From NCBI GenBank assembly GCA_965197645.1, contig OZ240219.1, positions 96,001-160,000 of the forward strand: 64,000 nt of DNA, read 5' to 3'. Positions 57,140-64,000 of this stretch are shown one piece after another. Source of the DNA: Dehalococcoidia bacterium. GTDB lineage: Bacteria; Chloroflexota; Dehalococcoidia; Plut-88900. The position numbers and the translations under genes are program-made. The notes under the pieces were generated by a model that did no database searches, was not told the origin of the DNA, and saw nothing but the letters and a program-made list of their open reading frames with translations. Position 1 is the stretch's first letter; each line of letters starts with the position of its first letter.

Positions 57140-58249
57140 ATGAGCTATCGTACCATCTCCGCAGACTGTCACCTGGATATCACCTGGCTGCCCCCGGACG
57201 CCTTTACCGCCAGGTCTCCGGCGGACATGAAGGGCCGGGTGCCCCTCGTCCAAGAGGACTCGAACGGCGTCAAGTACTGGTGGGTCGATGGCCAACGTAT
57301 GGAGGGGGGACGAGTGGGATGGTACGGTCCCGGGACCAACGGAGGTAAGCGTGCAGAGGTGCTGGTCCGCGAAGGGTTTACCAAAGGGGACCTGCGCTGC
57401 TCCAACTTCGAACAGCGGAAGGCCGACATGGTCCGGGACGGCATAGACTCCGAGGTAGTGTATGGAATCCTGGCCGTCGACCGGAGCATCCCCGATAAGA
57501 AGGTGCTGGAAACGACCTACAAGGCCTACAACACCTTCGCCTCCGAGTGGCAGCAGCACGATCCCGAATGGCTGGTGCCCATAGCTGAAATCCCCAACCA
57601 CGATGGACAGGTCGCTGCTGAGGAGCTGCGTAGAGCCAAGGAGATAGGGTTGCGTGGCGCCGAGTTCGCTCCGGCTACGATGTCCAAGCCCCTGTGGGAC
57701 GATGAGTGGGTCCCCCTATGGGAGGCCATGGAAGACACCCAGCTATCTCTAGCGTTTCACGCCTTCAACATCTCGATCAGCTTCTCCGAGACTGAGCATC
57801 CCGCTGCAGCCGGCGCCCACCTGGTTCTGGCCCCCTGTCGGGCGGATGAGGTGTTGTGCGTGCTGATCCTCTCGGGGCTGCTGGAGCGATATCCCCGGGC
57901 TCAGATGATCCTGGGGGAGAGCGGCATAGGCTGGATACCCTACATGCTGGAACGGTTGGACTACTCCTACGATCGCCGGCTGAGAGAGCTCGACCTGGCC
58001 ATGATGCCCTCGGAGTACTTCAAGCGGCAGGTCTCTGCCACCTACATCCAGGACTACTGGGGCACGAAGGCGATGTGGGAGCTGGGTTACCTGGACAACA
58101 TCATGTGGTCCACCGATTACCCGCACCGGGACAGCACCTGGCCCGATTCCATGGAGAACATGGACCTGACCTTCGAAGGCCTACCGGAAGAGGTCAAGAA
58201 GGCGTGCATCTACGATAACGTAGTGCGCACCTACGGACTGACGGCCTAG
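57140..58249 (+). CDS. Amidohydrolase family 2 protein
   Basis: ISADCH, FH, ESGIGW, WSTDYPH.DSTW. Confidence 0.9.
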   Translation: MSYRTISADCHLDITWLPPDAFTARSPADMKGRVPLVQEDSNGVKYWWVDGQRMEGGRVGWYGPGTNGGKRAEVLVREGFTKGDLRCSNFEQRKADMVRDGIDSEVVYGILAVDRSIPDKKVLETTYKAYNTFASEWQQHDPEWLVPIAEIPNHDGQVAAEELRRAKEIGLRGAEFAPATMSKPLWDDEWVPLWEAMEDTQLSLAFHAFNISISFSETEHPAAAGAHLVLAPCRADEVLCVLILSGLLERYPRAQMILGESGIGWIPYMLERLDYSYDRRLRELDLAMMPSEYFKRQVSATYIQDYWGTKAMWELGYLDNIMWSTDYPHRDSTWPDSMENMDLTFEGLPEEVKKACIYDNVVRTYGLTA

Positions 58250-58695
58250 CCCTCCACCTCGACGATCATCTCGATCTCGATGCACGCGTTGATGGGCAGA
58301 CCGGCCATGCCCACCGCCGAGCGAGCGTGCCGTCCCCTGTCTCCGTAGAGCTCCACCAGCAGGTCAGAGCCGCCGTTGGCTACGGCGGGTTGATCGCCGA
58401 AGCCGGAAGCCGAGTTCACCATGCACAGCAGCTTGACCACGCGGGTCACTTTGTCCAGGTCGCCGATCTCCGCCTTCAACGAACCCAGACAGGCCAGCAT
58501 GGTCCTCCGGGCTGACTGGCAGCCCTGCTCAATCGATATCTCGGCGCCAAGCTGGCCGATGTTATCGGTGTCGCCGATGTGACCGGACACGAACACCAGG
58601 TTTCCGGTGCGTACCGTGGGTACGTAGTTGGCGATGGGCGCCGACGTTTCCGGCAGGCTCAGGCCCATCTCCTCGATCTTCTTTTCGATCTCCAA
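58246..58695 (-). CDS. RidA/YjgF-family protein
   Basis: ANYVP, FVSGH, VANGGSDL, GRHARSAVG, IEIE. Confidence 0.9.
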   Translation of the reverse strand: MEIEKKIEEMGLSLPETSAPIANYVPTVRTGNLVFVSGHIGDTDNIGQLGAEISIEQGCQSARRTMLACLGSLKAEIGDLDKVTRVVKLLCMVNSASGFGDQPAVANGGSDLLVELYGDRGRHARSAVGMAGLPINACIEIEMIVEVEG

Positions 58696-58860
58696 TGCTC
58701 TCCTCCTATGCCAGGTGGTCCCTGTGGGACGTAACGGCGGCCCGGCGGTAGACTAAAGTGTATCTGAAGGACTCCCTCGATGTGAGGTTATGAGACGGGC
58801 TGCGGGCAGGGCCGGTAAAGGGACAGAGCCCCGGTGCACACCCCATGCTTCATTAGTCGG

Positions 58861-59679
58861 TTAGTGGGCCACGAAGGCTCCGCCGTCCATGTTGATCGAC
58901 TGGCCGTGGATCCAGGAGGCGGCCTTGGTGCACAGGTAAGCGATGAAGTCTCCGACCTCGTCGTCGGTGCCGAGACGACCTATGGGAGTCGATTCCTCGG
59001 TCTCCTCTACCCAATCGCCCACCTTGAGACCGTCGATCCTGGACGTATCGACCCAGCCGGGACAGACGCAGTTCACGTTGATATCGTACTTGCCCAGCTC
59101 CGCGGCCATGGACTGGGTCATGCCCACCTGGGCGAAGTTTCCCGCGTTATAGGCCAGCGTCTCCTCGGCGCCCACCTTGCCGGCCACGGAGGCGATGTTG
59201 ACTATCTTTCCGCCCTCGCCCTGTTTGACCAGCTGCCCGACTACGGCTTTGCTGCACAGGTAGGTGCCACCGATCTTGATATCGATAACCCTTTGAAACA
59301 CGCCGTCGTCCAGCTCGAGTATGGGCACCCGGTCCGGCCCCCTGGCGTAGGCGGCGTTATTGATCAGAATATCCACCCGACCCAGCTCTTTGACGGTGGT
59401 GTCCACCATCTCGTTGACCTGGTCGGCGTCGGACACGTCCACTACCAGGGGCAAGGAGCGTCTGCCCAACTCCCGGACTTGAGCGGCCGCGCTTTCGATA
59501 TCCTTCCACCCGACGGCCTTCTCGTCCTCCGGGTACCTGGATGGGTCACGGCCCGTGCCGGTGACCACCACGTCTGCGCCCAGCTTTGCCAGGGAAACGG
59601 CGGAGGCGCGGCCTATGCCACGCATCCGTCCCGCTCCGGTAACTATCGCCACCTTGCCGGCCAGCTCTCCCATGACCAC
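58861..59679 (-). CDS. SDR family oxidoreductase (atypical YxxxN), close paralog of 40163-40975
   Basis: TGAGRMRGIG, YNAGN. Colinear with 40163-40975 over its full length. Confidence 0.9.
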   Translation of the reverse strand: MVMGELAGKVAIVTGAGRMRGIGRASAVSLAKLGADVVVTGTGRDPSRYPEDEKAVGWKDIESAAAQVRELGRRSLPLVVDVSDADQVNEMVDTTVKELGRVDILINNAAYARGPDRVPILELDDGVFQRVIDIKIGGTYLCSKAVVGQLVKQGEGGKIVNIASVAGKVGAEETLAYNAGNFAQVGMTQSMAAELGKYDINVNCVCPGWVDTSRIDGLKVGDWVEETEESTPIGRLGTDDEVGDFIAYLCTKAASWIHGQSINMDGGAFVAH

Positions 59680-62381
59680 TACTCCTTTTCACCGAGAATG
59701 CGTCGTAGGACGTACTGAAGGACGCCTCCGTGCCGGTAGTACTCCAGCTCTATGGGTACGTCTATCCGGGCAATGGCGGAGAAGACCAGCGAGGTTCCGT
59801 CCGGCCTGGTAGCCGTGACCGTTACCTCCTTGCCGACCTCCAACCCTCCGGCTATCCCCTCGAAATCGAACGTATCGGCGCCGGTCAAACCCAGGCTCTC
59901 CCTGTTCTCACCATCCTTGAACTGAAGGGGTAGAACACCCATGCCCACCAGGTTGCTGCGGTGGATACGCTCATAGCTTTCGGCGATGGTGGCCTTGATG
60001 CCCAGGAGATACGGGCCTTTGGCGGCCCAGTCTCGTGAGCTGCCCGAGCCGTACTCCCGGCCAGCGATGACGATGGTCGGAACGTCGGCGGCCCTGTACC
60101 TCTCCGATGCGTCGAAGATGGTCATTTCCTCGCCATCCGGTTGGTGGGTGGTCCAGCCTCCCTCGGTGCCCGGCGCCATAAGGTTTCGAAGCCTTACGTT
60201 GGCGAAGGTGCCTCGCATCATAAGCTCATGGTTACCCCTTCGGGAGCCGTAGGAGTTGAACCCTCCGGCTTCGACCCCCCGCTCGATAAGATACCGTCCA
60301 GCGGGGCCATCGGCCGGGATGCTACCAGCCGGAGAGATGTGGTCCGTGGTCACCGAGTCCCCCAGGATGGCCAGGACACGAGCGCCCTTGATATCGGAAG
60401 AGGCCGGGGGCTCCGGGGGCAGGTCCTGGAAGATCGGCAGCTCCCGGATGTAGGTCGAACTGTCGTCCCAGGCATAGAGGCCGCCTTCGGGGACCGGGAG
60501 ATCGCGCCACTCGTCGTCACCCTGGAAAACGCCAGCGTATCTGTCCTTGTATATCTCAGGAGTGAGGGACTGCTTCATAGCCTCGCGGATCTGGTCCAGG
60601 GTGGGCCAGATGTCTCGCAGGTAGATCGATTGACCATCGATGTCCTGACCGAGGGGATCGGTGGTGAGGTCGACGTCCACGCGTCCGGCTAGGGCATAGG
60701 CGACCACCAGCATGGGAGAGGCCAGGTAGTTGGCCTTGGCTAGGGGGTGCACCCGCCCTTCGAAGTTGCGGTTGCCGCTTAGGACTGCAGCGACGACGAG
60801 ATCGTTATCGGAGACGGCCTGGGCAACAGGCTCCGCCAGCGGGCCGCTGTTGCCGATACAGGTGGTACAGCCGTATCCCACTACGTGAAACCCCAGCTCC
60901 TCCAGATAGGGCAGCAGCCCGGAGACGGTCAGGTAGTCGGAGACGACCCTGGAGCCGGGAGCGAGGCTGGTCTTGACCCAAGGCTTGGCGGACAGTCCCT
61001 TCTCCGTCGCATTTCGAGCCAGGAGGCCGGCGCCCAGCATCACCGATGGGTTGGAGGTGTTGGTGCAGCTGGTTATCGCGGCGATGACCACCGAGCCGTG
61101 GTCCAATGTAGCCTCATGGCCGTTCAGTTTGACGCGGGAGGGTTCGCTTGTTGTCGACTTATCGTAGACCTCACCGAGGGTGATCCGGAAGGAGCTCTTC
61201 ATATCGGCCAGCAACACCCGGTCCTGGGGTCGCTTGGGGCCGGCAAGGCTGGGCTCCACTGTGCCGATGTCAAGCTCCAACAGGTCGGAGAACCCCGGCT
61301 CAGGAGCATCCTCCGTGCGGAAGAGGCCCTGAGACTTGGCGTAGCGCTCGACCAGGTCCACGTGCTCGGCCTCGCGTCCGGTGCCCCGGAGATAGGCTAT
61401 GGTCTCCTCGTCCGTGGGGAAGAAGCCGACGGTGGCGCCGTACTCGGGGCACATGTTGGCTATGGTAGCCCTATCGGGCAGGGAGAGGCTGGACAGACCC
61501 GATCCACTGAACTCCACGAACTTGCCGACAACTCCTCGCTCCCTGATCATCTGGGTCACGGTCAACACCAGATCGGTGGCAGTAGCGCCCTCTTTGAGGG
61601 AACCGGTGAGGCGGAACCCCACAACCTCAGGGATGAGCATGTAGTAGGGTTGTCCCAGGAGGACAGCCTCTGCCTCGATGCCGCCCACGCCCCAGCCCAG
61701 GATGCTCAGACCGTTGATCATGGTTGTGTGGGAATCGGTGCCCACTACGGTGTCGGGAAAGGCGATGGATCGGTCTCCTGCACGCTTGGTGGAAACAACC
61801 CGTCCCAGGTACTCCAGGTTCACCTGGTGCACGATGCCGGCGCCCGGTGGGACCACCCGCAGGTTGTCGAAGGCGCCCTGGGCCCAGCGAAGTAGAGCGT
61901 ACCTCTCGCCGTTGCGTTGATACTCCATAGCGACGTTGCGGGCGAAGGCATCGGCCATGCCGGAGAAATCGACCTGGACGGAATGGTCGATAACGAGGTC
62001 GGCATCAACTAGGGGATTTATGGTGGCGGGATCGCCGCCCAGCCTCTGCATCGCCGACCGCATGGCCGCCAGGTCCACGATGGCCGGGACTCCCGTGAAG
62101 TCTTGCATCAGCACCCGTCCGGGCATGAAGGGGATATCCCCGCGGGCAAGATTGTCGGGTGTCCAGCCAGCGAGGGCCACTACGTCGTCCTCGGACACGA
62201 TGCCCTGGCCGCTGTGCCGGAGGGCGTTCTCCAACAGGACGCGGATGGAGTAAGGCAGTGCCGAGAGCTGGATGCCCTGGTTGGCGCCAAGCTTTTCCAG
62301 GCTATAGTAGTCGTGGTTGCCCTCAGAGGTCTCGAGGGTGGAGATAACACCTAAGGGATCGACCGGATTAGTCATCAGCAT
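59679..62381 (-). CDS. acnA: Aconitate hydratase A
   Basis: [57 protein letters not shown]. Confidence 0.97.
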   Translation of the reverse strand: MLMTNPVDPLGVISTLETSEGNHDYYSLEKLGANQGIQLSALPYSIRVLLENALRHSGQGIVSEDDVVALAGWTPDNLARGDIPFMPGRVLMQDFTGVPAIVDLAAMRSAMQRLGGDPATINPLVDADLVIDHSVQVDFSGMADAFARNVAMEYQRNGERYALLRWAQGAFDNLRVVPPGAGIVHQVNLEYLGRVVSTKRAGDRSIAFPDTVVGTDSHTTMINGLSILGWGVGGIEAEAVLLGQPYYMLIPEVVGFRLTGSLKEGATATDLVLTVTQMIRERGVVGKFVEFSGSGLSSLSLPDRATIANMCPEYGATVGFFPTDEETIAYLRGTGREAEHVDLVERYAKSQGLFRTEDAPEPGFSDLLELDIGTVEPSLAGPKRPQDRVLLADMKSSFRITLGEVYDKSTTSEPSRVKLNGHEATLDHGSVVIAAITSCTNTSNPSVMLGAGLLARNATEKGLSAKPWVKTSLAPGSRVVSDYLTVSGLLPYLEELGFHVVGYGCTTCIGNSGPLAEPVAQAVSDNDLVVAAVLSGNRNFEGRVHPLAKANYLASPMLVVAYALAGRVDVDLTTDPLGQDIDGQSIYLRDIWPTLDQIREAMKQSLTPEIYKDRYAGVFQGDDEWRDLPVPEGGLYAWDDSSTYIRELPIFQDLPPEPPASSDIKGARVLAILGDSVTTDHISPAGSIPADGPAGRYLIERGVEAGGFNSYGSRRGNHELMMRGTFANVRLRNLMAPGTEGGWTTHQPDGEEMTIFDASERYRAADVPTIVIAGREYGSGSSRDWAAKGPYLLGIKATIAESYERIHRSNLVGMGVLPLQFKDGENRESLGLTGADTFDFEGIAGGLEVGKEVTVTATRPDGTSLVFSAIARIDVPIELEYYRHGGVLQYVLRRILGEKE

Positions 62382-62516
62382 CTACCGACAGTGGAGTGGG
62401 GTCCCGTCTGATGCGGGACGCCGTGCCAGTATATCACGGCCCCGGGCCGGAGCTCGAAGAGCGCCAGGCAGGGTGTCTTGAGCACTCTGTGAGGCGATGT
62501 ACAAAGAGAAAAGGCA

Positions 62517-62634
62517 CCCGGCAGCGACCTATTTTCCACAAGGGGTTGCCCCCCAAGTATCGTCAGCGCTGAGGTGTTTCACTTCCGTGTTCGGAATGGG
62601 AACGGGTGGGACCACCTCGCTATAGCCACCGCAG
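62517..62634 (-). rRNA. rrf: 5S rRNA (stand-alone)
   Basis: Minus strand reads CTGCGGTGGCTATAGCGAGGTGGTCCCACCCGTTCCCATTCCGAACACGGAAGTGAAACACCTCAGCGCTGACGATACT...AATAGGTCGCTGCCGGG, containing the conserved CCGAAC loop. Confidence 0.95.
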
Positions 62635-62651
62635 TGCCTTTAAGCACAGGA

Positions 62652-62681
62652 ATTCTACCATTCGGGGTAAGAACCGGTCAA
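62652..62681 (-). promoter_or_regulatory. Sigma70-type promoter of the 5S rRNA
   Basis: Minus strand TTGACC (62681-62676), 18-nt spacer ending in TGG, then TAGAAT (62657-62652), about 17 nt upstream of the 5S. Confidence 0.75.
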
Positions 62682-62828
62682 CCTCTAGCCGCCGACGCCT
62701 TAGAGGTCTGATGAGTTCGATTGAACCGCTGAAGGGCCACTGCGGCCCATCTTCTCTCTAACTACGAATAATCGTTTGTAGTTGTTCGGCGACCAAAGCC
62801 ATACGTCGATTTCGTATGACCAATGATT

Positions 62829-63989
62829 TCAATTGTTTAGCTGAGGCCCGAAATGCCCCCAGCCGTCTGTGACCACCGCTCCGGTTACGATATTGCGCAC
62901 CGGCACAAGCAGTTTTCTAAAATTGGAGTAGCCGATTTCTTCTCGGTGTTGTAGTTGACCTACAACGACCCCGGGATGTACCCCCATTCTGGATGAGAAC
63001 CCTCTAATCGAGTTATAGGAGTACCGAGGGCCCGTACGATCGATAAAATCTTCGAGATCTTGTTGAGCAACCAGGGTCTGGGCGGCTCTGTTATCGATTT
63101 GCTTTTCGTGTTCTGGTTGGTCAGGAGTTCGTTTGTCCGTGTCTACATCGATCGATGCATTGGAATTGGCTAGGCCATCTTGGTTCCTAACATGTTCCAA
63201 CTCGTGCATCAAAGTGTGCCAAAAGTAATCTATGCGGTCATACCTCAGTGAGATGGCAACCACAGGTGCATCGTTGGAAAGCCAGAAGCACGCTCCGTCG
63301 ATCCGAGAACCTCGAAAGGGTTCTACAACCAATAAGCGAATGCCAGCATCCGCTAAGAGTCCAGGTGCATGTCCAATCTCTTCGGGGTCAGAAGTCAAGG
63401 TGCGAAGCTCTTCGACAGCGGTAGAGTGATAGTTCGGGAAGTAGCGGTTTGCGGTCATTAGCTCGGCGATTTGCCGCGCACGATATAGCCACGCAGTCTG
63501 GGCCGGGGTGTCAGTGTGGTAGGGAGTCGATTTCCTGGCCGCATGAGCATAAAACTTCGGGGGAGTATCCAAGGTATCAGCATGGACAAACTCCATGAAT
63601 CGCTGTTCAAGGATAGCGATGTTCTCTGAGGGTTCCAGCCAATGCCTTTTGATCATCTCCTTGATCGGTCCCAATGAGTAAAGGCGTGCTCGCCTCTCTA
63701 CGGTGTTGATATCACGTGTGCGAGCCAGAGACAGTCGATACATAGATTCCAAGTTCATCCAAAACTGTGCACTAGTACCGAAAGCCGCAGCAATGCCATT
63801 AGCTGTTTCTGGGGTTATGCCGCGCTTGCCCATAATGATCTCATTTACGAGTCGAAGCGGACGTCCCAGGATCGCAGCCAAGTCTTCCTGAGTCCACCCA
63901 CGCTCTTCTATCTCTTCCCGGATGAACTCTCCAGGGGGGAACACTTCCGCAGGTAATTGTTGAGCGTCCATGCTCTTTTCCTCGGCCAT
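62829..63989 (-). CDS. higA: HigA-family antitoxin with XRE HTH fused to an ImmA/IrrE-type metallopeptidase domain
   Basis: PPGEFIREE..WTQEDLA..IIMGKRGITPE..FW.NL HTH, IDGACFW, FWHTLMHELEH (HExxH). Confidence 0.88.
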   Translation of the reverse strand: MAEEKSMDAQQLPAEVFPPGEFIREEIEERGWTQEDLAAILGRPLRLVNEIIMGKRGITPETANGIAAAFGTSAQFWMNLESMYRLSLARTRDINTVERRARLYSLGPIKEMIKRHWLEPSENIAILEQRFMEFVHADTLDTPPKFYAHAARKSTPYHTDTPAQTAWLYRARQIAELMTANRYFPNYHSTAVEELRTLTSDPEEIGHAPGLLADAGIRLLVVEPFRGSRIDGACFWLSNDAPVVAISLRYDRIDYFWHTLMHELEHVRNQDGLANSNASIDVDTDKRTPDQPEHEKQIDNRAAQTLVAQQDLEDFIDRTGPRYSYNSIRGFSSRMGVHPGVVVGQLQHREEIGYSNFRKLLVPVRNIVTGAVVTDGWGHFGPQLNN

Positions 63990-64000
63990 CAGTGATAGTC
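63989..64000 (-). CDS. 3' end of probable HigB toxin
   Basis: Minus strand GAC TAT CAC TGA = DYH*, the typical HigB C-terminus, overlapping the higA start (TGATG). Only 4 codons are visible. Confidence 0.55.
   Translation of the reverse strand, partial: DYH

Noticed and set aside
1-64000. Genome-wide UGA reassignment (code 4 or 25) as the explanation of the MFS TGA
   Set aside because: Many genes end at TGA at their expected C-termini (for example 2713, 12554, 13628, 20158, 32024).

Overview
GC-rich bacterial chromosome segment. Its gene content (several LLM oxidoreductases, paralogous SDRs, tandem xanthine-dehydrogenase-family Mo subunits, CoA-transferase III, many hydrolases, unlinked rRNA) is most consistent with Chloroflexota/Dehalococcoidia of the SAR202 type; this placement is inference only. 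Housekeeping genes include lspA, an RluA-family synthase, gltX, ispH, dcd-ribD-ribE-ribBA-ribH, lepB, pyrE and acnA, plus tRNA-Gln(CTG), tRNA-Glu(CTC), tRNA-Lys(TTT) and a stand-alone 5S rRNA with its own promoter. Accessory content includes an esterase-BVMO pair, a Co-type nitrile hydratase operon, a Mo-hydroxylase cluster with two large subunits, Mrr, a three-gene HicA-HicB-X module, a HigA-ImmA antitoxin and several REP-like palindromes. The top finding is the MFS transporter at 7549-8826. It has one in-frame TGA (8275-8277) that aligns without gaps to a Cys (TGC) in the adjacent paralog and is followed by a bacterial-SECIS-like hairpin. This makes it a candidate selenocysteine-containing MFS transporter in a tandem Sec/Cys pair. 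No sel genes are visible in the window, so a simple nonsense mutation is not excluded.
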